DNA from: Chloroflexota bacterium
GTDB taxonomy: Bacteria > Chloroflexota > UBA11872 > VXNJ01
Reading direction: 5' to 3'
DNA: 64,000 nt
Assembly (NCBI GenBank): GCA_965261345.1
Contig: OZ253449.1
Location: 1,728,001 to 1,792,000, forward strand
Shown here: in pieces, positions 1-9,387 of the stretch
Layout of the letters: every line of letters begins with the position of its first letter
Position numbering within the stretch: position 1 is the stretch's first letter
Program-made: the position numbers and the translations under genes
Notes under the pieces: generated by a model
Databases searched by the model: none
Told to the model about the DNA's origin: nothing
The model's input: only the letters and a program-made list of their open reading frames with translations

Positions 1-676
1 CAACTTCTGCGATCCGATGCGCCATCGCCAGGTCCAACGCGAGCAGTTGCGGGTCGCCGGCAGGGCGGCCTTAGACATCCCTGCGGAGAGCCCGGTGATT
101 CTCATTTACACGCGATTTGCAGAGTTTCCGGTCGACTCCTACGCCGATCTGATTGCGGCGATTCTCGATCAGATTCCCACTTGCATGGTGCTGGTCCTAG
201 GCGACGGTCTGCGGCACGAGGACGATCGACTGCGTTTGGTTCTATCCGGTCGCGGTCTGGGCGGACGAGTCCTGCAGCTGGGCTGGGTCGAAGGGCATTG
301 GTTGTCGCCGGTCCTAGCCAGTTGCGACGTCGCCTGCATGCCGGCCCTGGCAACGGAGGCAAACGCTGCGGCCTGCCCGGCCCGATTCGTAGACCTCCTG
401 GTGGCCGGCCTGCCGATAGTGGCCCACGATGTCGGCGAAGCCGGGACCTACGTGATGCCGGGGCGCAACGGTCGGCTGTTACCGGCTGGCAGCGATCCTC
501 AGCGACTGGCCGGGGCGGTCGCGCAACTGCTCGCCGATCCGCGCGAACGCGACGTGATGTACTATTCGCGGACGCGGATAGAGGGCGATTTGGCGCCCCG
601 CCGGGCGGCATTGGCGCTGGAGGGGATCTACGCCCAGGCCAAAGCCCGCCGGGTTGGAGCCCTGCCCGATTCTTAA
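1..676 (+). CDS. Glycosyltransferase family 4 (GT-B), probably 5'-truncated by the window edge
   Basis: C-terminal GT-B features: CDVACMP, AGLPIVAHDVG, PGRNGRL, LAGAVAQLLADP. Confidence 0.75.
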   Translation, partial: NFCDPMRHRQVQREQLRVAGRAALDIPAESPVILIYTRFAEFPVDSYADLIAAILDQIPTCMVLVLGDGLRHEDDRLRLVLSGRGLGGRVLQLGWVEGHWLSPVLASCDVACMPALATEANAAACPARFVDLLVAGLPIVAHDVGEAGTYVMPGRNGRLLPAGSDPQRLAGAVAQLLADPRERDVMYYSRTRIEGDLAPRRAALALEGIYAQAKARRVGALPDS

Positions 677-748
677 CCGGGATCGGTACCAACTGGCATG
701 ATCTCCCCTACCGCCCGGGGGTGGACCGACCGTCCCGCGGGTGGTGGG

Positions 749-2056
749 TCAAACGGCGGTTTGACCGGTCGGCGCCTCAGGCCCTGGGGACTCGGTTGCA
801 GCGCCCGCTATCTCCGGCTCGGCAGCGGGAGAGGGCTGCGGTGTCGGGGTCGGTTTGGTCGTTACCGTCACCGTAACGACGCTGGGTTCGATCGATAGCA
901 CTTCGACCCGGGCCGGGGCGCTGACCATTGGCGTGAGGATGTATACACCTTCCGAGGGTGCCGGGCCCAGTTCGACGCGGGTTGAAACATCGCGCGGGGT
1001 CAGCCCGAACACCGCCACACTCAAGCCTTCCAGTACGAGATTGGCCACCGGTGGCGAGATTTGGGCCAGATACTGTGGCGGCAGGTCGAGTTCGATCACA
1101 TCGGCCAGGGCGACCGCCGAAACGATCGGGTCGACGTCCACAGTCACCCGGAAGCGTTGCTCCGGGTTGACCAGCTGGACCCCTTCCGGGGGCACCAATC
1201 CGGCCTCGGTGACCGCGGTCTGGCGTTGGCCGCGGATTATTACGGTCTCGGTAAAGACCGATTCGATCTGTGCCACTGCGTCGGGCAGCCCCGAAATCTC
1301 GGTGGTGGCCGGTACAACGTCGGTGGCCACGACCGCGAATCCGGGTAACGGACTTCCCAACGTGGCGATTGCCACGGGCACTGATTTGATGATTGTCGAT
1401 TGCGAAACCGGAGCGCTAACCGAGTAGAGGCTGGGCTCAAATTCAAGATTGGGAATTTCCCGGCCCTGCACGTCAAGCGCCCGCGGGACCAACTGCACCG
1501 CCTGCGCTTGATCGATTCCGCTGGCGATAAGTTGCACCTGCACCCGGTCGATTGCCGCAACCGCCGGCTCGGGCCCGGTGATCTGGGTCAGCGGAGGTTC
1601 GACCCTAATCCGATCAAGGTCAATGGAAAAACCGGCGGCCGGAGGGTTGTCGATAACCAACTCAACCGGTCGCGTCCGGGTCACAATGGCAGTTAGCGAA
1701 ATCGGCACGCTGGCCGGACGTACGTCAACCACCTCGACCGAATCGGCGGCGGTCACAATCAAATTGACTGCGATCAGGTGGTTGCCCGGACCGAGTTCGT
1801 CCATGTGCAATTGGGCGGTCAAGTTGCGCACCGTGACCTGGTCAAGGTCGTCTCGCAGTCCCTGCAGGACCACGTCGACCGGGAGCGGATCCAGGGTGGG
1901 TATCAGATTGGGGCCGAGGCCGACTAGATCGACTGGTATGTTGGACACGGCGAAGTTGGTAATCCGCGGATTCTGCTCGAGGGTGACGCCGATCCAGACC
2001 GCGAACCCGAACGCGATTGCCGCCCAAAAACGCCAATTGGCCCCGCCCCGAAACAG
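749..2056 (-). CDS. cdaR: CdaR/YbbR-like regulator of diadenylate cyclase; start probably non-canonical (CTG 2056 or ATC 2104)
   Basis: Repeated YbbR-like units (VEPPLTQITGP, VVPATTEISG, ISPPVANLVLEG); directly downstream of cdaA; in-frame TM segment NWRFWAAIAFGFAVWIGV lies upstream of the track's GTG at 1948. Confidence 0.8.
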   Translation of the reverse strand: MFRGGANWRFWAAIAFGFAVWIGVTLEQNPRITNFAVSNIPVDLVGLGPNLIPTLDPLPVDVVLQGLRDDLDQVTVRNLTAQLHMDELGPGNHLIAVNLIVTAADSVEVVDVRPASVPISLTAIVTRTRPVELVIDNPPAAGFSIDLDRIRVEPPLTQITGPEPAVAAIDRVQVQLIASGIDQAQAVQLVPRALDVQGREIPNLEFEPSLYSVSAPVSQSTIIKSVPVAIATLGSPLPGFAVVATDVVPATTEISGLPDAVAQIESVFTETVIIRGQRQTAVTEAGLVPPEGVQLVNPEQRFRVTVDVDPIVSAVALADVIELDLPPQYLAQISPPVANLVLEGLSVAVFGLTPRDVSTRVELGPAPSEGVYILTPMVSAPARVEVLSIEPSVVTVTVTTKPTPTPQPSPAAEPEIAGAATESPGPEAPTGQTAV

Positions 2057-2093
2057 GCGTCGGGCACGCCAACGCGCCCGTCTCGACGATCGC

Positions 2094-2933
2094 CTACCGC
2101 TGATTGCGGACCAGCCAGGAAGGTCTGTGGATCCAGCGCCGCCGGCGCTGGATCCGGGAGGGCGCCAGTATGGCCTGCAGGCGTCGGCGCAGTTGTTCTT
2201 CGGTTAAATGTTGGGCTAATTTGCCGTCCGCGGCCAACGCGATTCCGCCGGTTTCCTCGGAAACCACCACCGCGACGGCGTCGGTGACCTCGGTGATCCC
2301 CAGGGCGGCGCGATGCCGAGATCCAAGATGGCGGGCGCTGGTTGACTCGGCGGTCATCGGCAAAATTGAACCGGCCGACAGGACGGTGCGGCCGCGGATG
2401 ATTACCGCCAGGTCGTGCAGTTCCGAATTGGGAAAGAATATCGACAGCAAAAGGGCGGCCGATAGCCGTCCGCCGATCTCGGTGCCGGTGCCGGCATAGT
2501 CGGCCAGTCCGACGTCGCGTTCAATCACTACTAGGCCACCCCACGAACGGCGCGAAAGCTCGGATGCGGTCCGCGTTATCGCGGCGATCGTCTGCTCGTC
2601 CTCCCACGCGCCAAAATGCCAGGCAAACCCCAATGTGGTGCTGGATCGCCCCAATCGCTCAAGGACCCGCCTGATCTCGGGCGCGAATACCACCGCAACC
2701 ATCAAAATCAACGAAGGCGCGGCATTGGCCAACCAGGTGGTAAGCGGGAACTGGAAGAAAACCCCCATCACGAACAGGAGTAGCACCAGGACCAGCACCC
2801 CGCGCAGCAGGATGTCGGCCAGGGTGTTTTGAAATACCGATAGACCTATGTAGATGACCAGCGAGACAATGACGATCTGCAGTAGTGCGAAAAGATTGAA
2901 TTCGCCCGCCAGATAGGTCACCTGATCGATCAT
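2094..2933 (-). CDS. cdaA: Membrane-bound diadenylate cyclase CdaA/DacA
   Basis: Three N-terminal TM helices, VFAPEIRRVLERLG, LHDLAVII (DGA-equivalent), GSRHRAALGITE, VVVSEETG. Confidence 0.92.
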   Translation of the reverse strand: MIDQVTYLAGEFNLFALLQIVIVSLVIYIGLSVFQNTLADILLRGVLVLVLLLFVMGVFFQFPLTTWLANAAPSLILMVAVVFAPEIRRVLERLGRSSTTLGFAWHFGAWEDEQTIAAITRTASELSRRSWGGLVVIERDVGLADYAGTGTEIGGRLSAALLLSIFFPNSELHDLAVIIRGRTVLSAGSILPMTAESTSARHLGSRHRAALGITEVTDAVAVVVSEETGGIALAADGKLAQHLTEEQLRRRLQAILAPSRIQRRRRWIHRPSWLVRNQR

Positions 2934-2951
2934 GCCGCCGGTGCGCCCGCC

Positions 2952-3920
2952 CTATCGCGTAAAAACATCCAAACCAGCCAATCCGCTGGGACCGCGAACA
3001 ATGTGCACCAGCAGTGATTTCTGGGCATGCAGACGGTTCTCAGCCTGATCAAACACTACCGATTGCGGGCCGTCGAGTACCGCATTGGTAACTTCCTCGC
3101 CGCGGTGGGCGGGCAAGCAATGCATAAAAATCGCCCCCGGTGCGGCCATCGCCAATACCCCAGTATCAACTTGGTAGGGGGCAAATACCTTGCGTCGGGT
3201 TTCGGTTTCGGCCTCCAGGCCCATCGAAATCCAAGCGTCGGTGTAGACCACCTTACTTCCGGATAGGGCCTCGCCCAGGCATTCCGTAACGTGTACCTTC
3301 CCGCCTGCCGCCCGGGCGGCGTCCACAATCTGGGCGTTGGGCTCATAGCCAGCCGGACACGCCAAGCGCAGGTCAAGGCCGACCAGCGGAGCCGCCTCGA
3401 CCAACGAGTTGGCAACGTTGAAGCCGTCGCCCACGTAAGTTACCGGTAGCCCATCGAGCCGGCCGAACCGTTCCCTCATGGTTTGCAGATCGGCAATGAC
3501 CTGGCACGGATGCGAGCGGTCCGAGAGGCCGTTAATGACTGGAGCCCGGCAGGCAAGCGCCAGCGCCTGCAGGGTCGAATGCTCGATAACCCTGGCCATG
3601 ATTGCATCCACCCACCGCTCCAGGTTGTGGCCAACGTCGGCGATCGATTCGCGCACTCCCATTTGCATGTGCTCCTGGCCCAGGTCAATGCAGACCCCAC
3701 CTAGGTGGGTCATCCCGACCTGAAAGGTAGTCCGAGTTCGCAACGATGGATGCTCAAAGATCAGCGCTAGGGAGCGCGATTCGAGCAGGCGGTGGGGCAC
3801 GTCCGCCCGCTGGGCGCGCTTTAACAGGTCGGCGCCATCGAGCAGCATCTGTAGCTGTTGTGCGCTGATGTCGGCGATGTTGAGGAAATCACTACCTTTT
3901 AGATGTCGCGGTGTAGCCAT
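2952..3920 (-). CDS. argF: Ornithine carbamoyltransferase
   Basis: PSLRTR, HPCQ, DAWISMG, HCLP, QAENR motifs; ATG 3920 preferred over the track's longer start. Confidence 0.93.
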   Translation of the reverse strand: MATPRHLKGSDFLNIADISAQQLQMLLDGADLLKRAQRADVPHRLLESRSLALIFEHPSLRTRTTFQVGMTHLGGVCIDLGQEHMQMGVRESIADVGHNLERWVDAIMARVIEHSTLQALALACRAPVINGLSDRSHPCQVIADLQTMRERFGRLDGLPVTYVGDGFNVANSLVEAAPLVGLDLRLACPAGYEPNAQIVDAARAAGGKVHVTECLGEALSGSKVVYTDAWISMGLEAETETRRKVFAPYQVDTGVLAMAAPGAIFMHCLPAHRGEEVTNAVLDGPQSVVFDQAENRLHAQKSLLVHIVRGPSGLAGLDVFTR

Positions 3921-4078
3921 TTCCCAAGTTCCATAGTCATCCGGCGCTATTCGCATGTTTGCGGTTTTTATTTTCCAATATTGTTTGCGTAGACAATCTG
4001 CCGCCGCTAGCGGTAGGTCTATTTGAACGCAAAGCGGCCGGGGCCGACCCCACCTTCTAGTAATCGATTGCACTTGCC

Positions 4079-4354
4079 ATGGAATTTAAGGATTTGTTGC
4101 TGCAGATCCCGCCCTGGGTCTATCTCGGGATAACCCTGGCGCTGATGGTTTCGCTGCTCTTCTACGCGCTGCTTGGACATCGCCAGCGCTCGCCGTTGCT
4201 GTACCTGCCGGCCGGATTGGCAGGGTTCTTCGTCGGCAATTGGGCCGGCAACGCCATCGGCTTGGCAACCCTCCAACTCGGTGACATCCAGGCACTGGCG
4301 GCGATCGCCGGATCGCTCCTGATTTTGATCCTGGTGCACCTGATAGTCGCTTGA
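4079..4354 (+). CDS. Small three-TM membrane protein, resembles GlsB/YeaQ/YmgE-type proteins
   Basis: 91 aa hydrophobic ORF with GLAGFFVGNW and AIAGSLLILI patterns. Confidence 0.55.
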   Translation: MEFKDLLLQIPPWVYLGITLALMVSLLFYALLGHRQRSPLLYLPAGLAGFFVGNWAGNAIGLATLQLGDIQALAAIAGSLLILILVHLIVA

Positions 4355-4455
4355 GTCCCGGTCGGCCGCTGCCGTCGACCTGCTAAACCGCGCCGGTTCC
4401 TGTAACCTTGGCAGGTAGCCGAACATTTCTGGCTAGTTGTGAGTCTTAAAGCGCA

Positions 4456-4566
4456 ATGGGCAAATTCCTCTTCTCGCTTTTGGTCGCGCTGGTCTTCGGT
4501 GCCGCCTACCGGATCCTGCGCGACGACGCCGACGCGCGGCTAGCGGTCATGGTCCGGCCACGCTAA
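4456..4566 (+). CDS. Putative 36-aa single-TM microprotein
   Basis: ATG..TAA, MGKFLFSLLVALVFGAAYRILRDDADARLAVMVRPR; below the ORF-track cutoff; fills the gap before alaS. Confidence 0.45.
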   Translation: MGKFLFSLLVALVFGAAYRILRDDADARLAVMVRPR

Positions 4567-4643
4567 CCCGCCACGGCGGGATTGGTTCCTGCCGTAGCCT
4601 GAGCGGGCGCGGCTAGGCGGACCCAGTTGGCAAGGCACCCGAT

Positions 4644-7283
4644 TTGACCTATCCGGCCGATGCGGTGCGCGGGCTGTTTCTCGATTTTTTCAGCGAGCGC
4701 GATCACCTGGTCCTACCCAGCTCGTCGCTGGTGCCGACCGGTGATTCGAGCGTGCTCTTCACCTCGGCCGGAATGCAGCAATTTAAGCGCTATTACTCGG
4801 GTGCGGCGGTCCCGCCGCGACGACGACTTGCAACTTCACAGAAGTGCTTTCGGACCTCGGATATCGAATCGGTCGGCGATGCATCGCATCTGACCTTTTT
4901 TGAAATGCTGGGCAACTTTGCATTCGGTGATTACTTCAAACGCGAGTCGATCCTGTGGGCCTACCAGTTGCTAACCGAGAGGGTGGGGCTGGACCCGGAG
5001 CGGATCTGGATCACCTGTTTTGGCGGCGAGGGCAACCTGCCGCGTGACCTTGAGTCCTATCGGATCTGGCGCGATGAGATCGGGATCCCGGAGGAGCGGA
5101 TCGAATTTCATGGCCGCTCCGAAAATTTCTGGGGCCCCACCGGCGACAGCGGCCCCTGCGGCCCCGATACCGAGATTCACTACCGTCTGCGCCCTCCCCC
5201 GGACGGCCTGGCCGAAACCGGCACCACCACCACCGCCGGTGACCGATTCATCGAGCTTTGGAACCTGGTTTTTAATCAATTCGAGCAGGACGCCGAAGGC
5301 CGCCTGCACGATCTGCCAAGCCACGGCGTCGACACCGGTGCCGGTTTCGAGCGTTGGGTCGTGCTCATGCAGGACAAGCGCTCGGTCTACGAGACCGACC
5401 TCTATTTAGACATCGTCAGGGAAGCGACTGCGGTGCTGCGGCCCGACCGGAAAAATCATGACCACGTTCGGGCGCTCCGCACGGTTGCCGAACATGCTCG
5501 GGCGCTAACTTTTTTGATCGCCGACGGTGTGCTTCCCTCCAACGACGGACGCGGCTTCGTGCTTCGCCGATTGCTGCGACGCGCGGTTGGAGCCGCCCGG
5601 GGCATTGGCGCCAGCGAGCCGCTGATGGCCGGGGTGTGCCTGGCCGCGATCGAAACCATGCAGGGGGTCTATCCCGAGGTTGGCGAGCGCTCCGAGCAGA
5701 TTCTGGCAGTGGTGGCCGATGAGGAAGACCGTTTCGCAGCAACCCTGCGGGGGGCGATCGGCTATCTTGATCGGCGGGTAGTCGGTCAAACCAAATCCGG
5801 GCGAATCAACGGTAGTCTGGCGTTTTGGCTCCACGACACGCTGGGTCTGACCATCGAGAACCTAAAGTCCGCCGCCGCCGCCCGAGACCTGACCGTCGAT
5901 GAGGCGGGATTTGAAAAGGCCCTGGCCGAGCGGCAGCAGCGGTCGCGGGAGAGTGCGCGATCGGGCCTGCAGCTGCCGGGCGGATTGCCGTCAAGTCGTT
6001 TTTCGGGTTATCAATCCCTGATTGCCGAGCAGTCTCGGATCGAGGCAATATTTGTCGAGGGCAAGCCGGTCGACGATATCCGGGCGCCGCGCGAGGGCCT
6101 GCTGGTGCTCTCGGCGACCCCCTTCTATGCCGAGGCCGGCGGGCAGGTCGGCGACACCGGCGAAATATTTGACGGATTCGCCCGGGCCGAGGTCGGTGAC
6201 ACGCAGAAAAACCCGGAAGGGACGATTTTCCACAGGGCGGCAATGACCGGTGGCGGCTTTGCGGTGGGCCAATCGGTATCCGCCCGGGTCAATGGCGATC
6301 GGCGCCTTGCGATTTGCCGCAACCATACCGCCACCCATCTGCTCCATTTAGCCCTGCGTCAGGTGCTGGGCGAGCACGCCCGCCAGGCCGGGTCGCTGGT
6401 GGCCGAAGACCATTTGCGATTCGATTTCAAATTCGATGCGGCATTGAGCCCGGACCAACTGAGCACGGTCGAACAGCTGGTCAACGAAGCGGCGCTGGCC
6501 GGTCTGCCGGTTAAGACTCAAATCACCGAGGTCCAGGCGGCGGTCGCCCAGGGGGCCATGGCCCTGTTCGGCGAAACGTACGGTGAAGCGGTGCGGATGG
6601 TCCAGATCGGCCGCGATTCGCTGGAGCTGTGCGGTGGCACCCATCTTGCCAATACCGCCAATCTGGGGCTCTTGCATGTGACCGGGCAGGCTAATGTGGG
6701 CTCGGGATTGCGCCGCATCGAGGCGGTTACCGGCCGGGCTGCGGCCGCACAGCTGCGTCTTGCCAGCGACCGGTTGATGGCGATCGCCAGGCAATTGGAT
6801 GCAAATCCGACCGATCTGCCCGACGCTGCCCGGCGATTGCTTAACGAGCGCACCGAGCTGACTCGGCAGAACCTGCGCTTACGTGAGCTGCGGGCGGCAA
6901 ATATTGCTGAGGCGCTGTTGGCCAGCAAGCCGGAAATGATTGGCTCAACCAGGGTATTGGGCGGCAACGTCGAAACCGATGAACTCACCTCGCTAGCTGA
7001 AATCTCCAGCGCCCTCAAGTCGCGGATGGGCCGCGATTGCGCATTCCTGGTAACCGGGCTCAACGATGGAAGCGCGCAGGTCTTGGCGGCCGCCTCCAGC
7101 GGTGCCGTCAGCGCCGGGGCCGACGCCTCCGCGGCGATCCGTGCAGCAGCGCGGCAACTGGGCGGCGGCGGCGGCGGCAATCGCAGCCAGGCGCGCGGCG
7201 GCGGGCCCAAGCCGGAGGGTACCGCGGCGGCCCTGGTGGCCGGCCTGCAAGTCCTGCGAGAGCAATTGCAGCGATCCGGCTGA
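4644..7283 (+). CDS. alaS: Alanine--tRNA ligase
   Basis: LFTSAGMQQFK, HLTFFEMLGNF, TPFYAEAGGQVGD, HTATHLL, ELCGGTH, C-terminal GGGGG (C-Ala domain); TTG start. Confidence 0.98.
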   Translation: MTYPADAVRGLFLDFFSERDHLVLPSSSLVPTGDSSVLFTSAGMQQFKRYYSGAAVPPRRRLATSQKCFRTSDIESVGDASHLTFFEMLGNFAFGDYFKRESILWAYQLLTERVGLDPERIWITCFGGEGNLPRDLESYRIWRDEIGIPEERIEFHGRSENFWGPTGDSGPCGPDTEIHYRLRPPPDGLAETGTTTTAGDRFIELWNLVFNQFEQDAEGRLHDLPSHGVDTGAGFERWVVLMQDKRSVYETDLYLDIVREATAVLRPDRKNHDHVRALRTVAEHARALTFLIADGVLPSNDGRGFVLRRLLRRAVGAARGIGASEPLMAGVCLAAIETMQGVYPEVGERSEQILAVVADEEDRFAATLRGAIGYLDRRVVGQTKSGRINGSLAFWLHDTLGLTIENLKSAAAARDLTVDEAGFEKALAERQQRSRESARSGLQLPGGLPSSRFSGYQSLIAEQSRIEAIFVEGKPVDDIRAPREGLLVLSATPFYAEAGGQVGDTGEIFDGFARAEVGDTQKNPEGTIFHRAAMTGGGFAVGQSVSARVNGDRRLAICRNHTATHLLHLALRQVLGEHARQAGSLVAEDHLRFDFKFDAALSPDQLSTVEQLVNEAALAGLPVKTQITEVQAAVAQGAMALFGETYGEAVRMVQIGRDSLELCGGTHLANTANLGLLHVTGQANVGSGLRRIEAVTGRAAAAQLRLASDRLMAIARQLDANPTDLPDAARRLLNERTELTRQNLRLRELRAANIAEALLASKPEMIGSTRVLGGNVETDELTSLAEISSALKSRMGRDCAFLVTGLNDGSAQVLAAASSGAVSAGADASAAIRAAARQLGGGGGGNRSQARGGGPKPEGTAAALVAGLQVLREQLQRSG

Positions 7284-7294
7284 GCGGTCAGCCA

Positions 7295-8980
7295 ATGACC
7301 CCTAAATCGCAGCCCGATCGAACCTTGCCCCGGGTCCGGTTGGAGATCGCTCCCGATTTGGAAATTGAGGCCGCGCTAGCCAAGATTCGATCCAGTCCGG
7401 GGCCGCATACGCTGGTGATCGGTTCGTGGGGATCGGCCCTGGCCCGACCAGTCGAATTGAAACGCCTGGCGGTGTTGGCGGTCCGCCTGCAACTTGACAT
7501 TGAGATCGAATCGCCTGACCGTCAGGTGATTGAATTGGCCGGGCGAGAGGGGTTCGCCGCCCGCCTAAATACCCCGCCGGGCTTTGCCGCCCTGGGGCCT
7601 TTGTGGCGAACATATGCACTCCTGACGAATCAAGCCGGGCGCTGGGGGCAGTCGCGCTTGACCCTATGGATCGGAGGTCCGATCGCGCTGTTGGCGGTTA
7701 TATCGGCTGGTGTGGCAATGTTTTGGCTGGCGCTTTACCCCAGCGCCCGGGTCGAGCTGGAACTTGAGCAATTCACGCCGGAACTGGAGTTGGTAGCCTA
7801 CGCCAATCCGAGCTTTAGCGCCATCAACCCGCGCCAGAATCTGGTGCCCGGCAGGATCATCTCCAGCGCGGTTAGCGGCTCGATCCCAGTCGTCGGGCGA
7901 GGCGCCCGTGAAGTTGCCAGCAGCCGCGCCGCCGGAGCGGTCCTGGTGGTCAATTTGACCGAGCAGGTCCTGGAGATCCCGCGCGGCACGGTCGTTACCG
8001 GACCGGCTGACCAACGCTTCGTGTTCGACACCTCGTTGGCCCTACCCTCGCAGGCCGACCTGGGGGCACTGCTTGACCCGGCCGACCCGCCAGAGCAGCC
8101 TGTCGAAGACGCGACTCCCACCCCGGTACCCGAGCTGACCCCGGTCCCGAGCTCGCTTGAACTGGCCCTGTTAGGGGTTGAAATATTGCCGGAATATCCA
8201 TTTGGTCGCGCCGTTTCGGAAACGCCGCAGGTGGTCGTTGACCAAGCTGGTATGCGGGTGGGAATCAGGGCCGAAACCGGCGGGCCGGAGGGAAATCTCC
8301 CGGCCGGGTCCGAATTGCGGGCGATCGGCCCCTTCGGCGGACTCGTCCGGATCGCGCAACTGGAGGATTTTGCCGGCGGCAGTCGCGAGGATGAGCGTTT
8401 TGTGACCGATGCCGATCGCCAGGCTGCGCTTGGCGAACTTGTTGCGCGATTGCGGGAAATGGCCCAAGGCAATCTGCTCGAGCAAATCCGCCCCGGCCAA
8501 TATGGCCAGGTTCTGCCCGATTCGCAGCTACGGCCCGAGTTCAACTCAACCTACCTTGCGACCGTTGGCGCAAACGGTGAGACCGAGAGCTCATACCAGG
8601 TCGACCTAACCCTGCAAGCTACGGTTTTTGAACGCGCCGACCTTGAGCAGCTTGCCTTCCTATTGCTGACCGGGGCCGAGACCGGGCGGCCGGTCTATCG
8701 CCTGCTGCCCGGCAGCCTGCGGGTGGGCGAACCGATACTCTCGGCCACTCTGGGCAACACCGTTACCATGCATTTCTCGGCCGGAGCGGGCCTGGAACGG
8801 CAGGTCGACCCAGACGAGGTCCGCGACAATATCGCCGGCAAGGAATATGGCGCGGCCAAATCCTACCTAGACCGGATCGAGGGGGTGTCGGCCTCAGACC
8901 TGCATATCTTCTCGCCGTTGGGGTCGGTCGTAACCTTTCTTACCCCCCGCATCAGCGTTGAAATCCGGCGTGGCCAGTGA
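7295..8980 (+). CDS. Membrane-anchored baseplate J/gp47-like domain protein
   Basis: One TM (IALLAVISAGVAMFWLAL) followed by AAGAVLVVN..IPRGTVV, IRAETGGPEGNLPAG and FAGG..FVTDAD segments resembling baseplate-J-like folds; ATG 7295. Confidence 0.6.
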   Translation: MTPKSQPDRTLPRVRLEIAPDLEIEAALAKIRSSPGPHTLVIGSWGSALARPVELKRLAVLAVRLQLDIEIESPDRQVIELAGREGFAARLNTPPGFAALGPLWRTYALLTNQAGRWGQSRLTLWIGGPIALLAVISAGVAMFWLALYPSARVELELEQFTPELELVAYANPSFSAINPRQNLVPGRIISSAVSGSIPVVGRGAREVASSRAAGAVLVVNLTEQVLEIPRGTVVTGPADQRFVFDTSLALPSQADLGALLDPADPPEQPVEDATPTPVPELTPVPSSLELALLGVEILPEYPFGRAVSETPQVVVDQAGMRVGIRAETGGPEGNLPAGSELRAIGPFGGLVRIAQLEDFAGGSREDERFVTDADRQAALGELVARLREMAQGNLLEQIRPGQYGQVLPDSQLRPEFNSTYLATVGANGETESSYQVDLTLQATVFERADLEQLAFLLLTGAETGRPVYRLLPGSLRVGEPILSATLGNTVTMHFSAGAGLERQVDPDEVRDNIAGKEYGAAKSYLDRIEGVSASDLHIFSPLGSVVTFLTPRISVEIRRGQ

Positions 8981-9387
8981 ACAGGCAGGGAATGGGACCG
9001 ATCGTGGCCCTCGATATCTCGGGCAACCGGATTGGAATCGCCCGCTGTGATCCTACCGGCACCCTGGTCTCCCCCCAGGGCGTGATCGATCGCCGCACCG
9101 GGAGTGGTGGGCGCTGGGAGCTGGCCAAGGCTCTGGACGAACAGCGGGCTGGGCTACTGCTGATAGGACTGCCGCTGGGGCGGGATGGCGCGACCACCGT
9201 CCAATCCGATCGAATCAGGGCGATGGCCGCCGATCTGTTGGCCGGCCGATCCGAACCGATCGAGTATTTCGATGAGAGCTTTACGACGGCCGAGAGCATT
9301 CATCGATACGGCCGGAATGCTTCCGACGCGCACGCCGCGGTCGTAATGTTGGAACACTTCCTGCTGCGTCGCCGGGATCGCCGGTGA
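8977..9387 (+). CDS. ruvX: Pre-16S rRNA nuclease / putative resolvase RuvX (YqgF)
   Basis: ALDISGNRIGIARCD, IGLP, DESFTT, DAHAAVVML; alaS-ruvX-mltG context. Confidence 0.9.
   Translation: MNRQGMGPIVALDISGNRIGIARCDPTGTLVSPQGVIDRRTGSGGRWELAKALDEQRAGLLLIGLPLGRDGATTVQSDRIRAMAADLLAGRSEPIEYFDESFTTAESIHRYGRNASDAHAAVVMLEHFLLRRRDRR

Noticed and set aside
3730-3765. SLRT instead of STRT in ArgF, suggesting an acetyl- or succinyl-ornithine transcarbamylase
   Set aside because: The ornithine-binding DxxxSMG and HCLP motifs are intact, so ordinary OTC is the better call.
4567-4643. Possible T-box upstream of alaS
   Set aside because: No GGTGGnACCGCG-like antiterminator motif, and the region is too short.
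7037-8980. Prophage or contractile injection system implied by the baseplate-like gene
   Set aside because: No other phage or secretion genes, integrase or compositional shift; the flanks are housekeeping genes. The track's 7037 start overlaps alaS and was moved to 7295.
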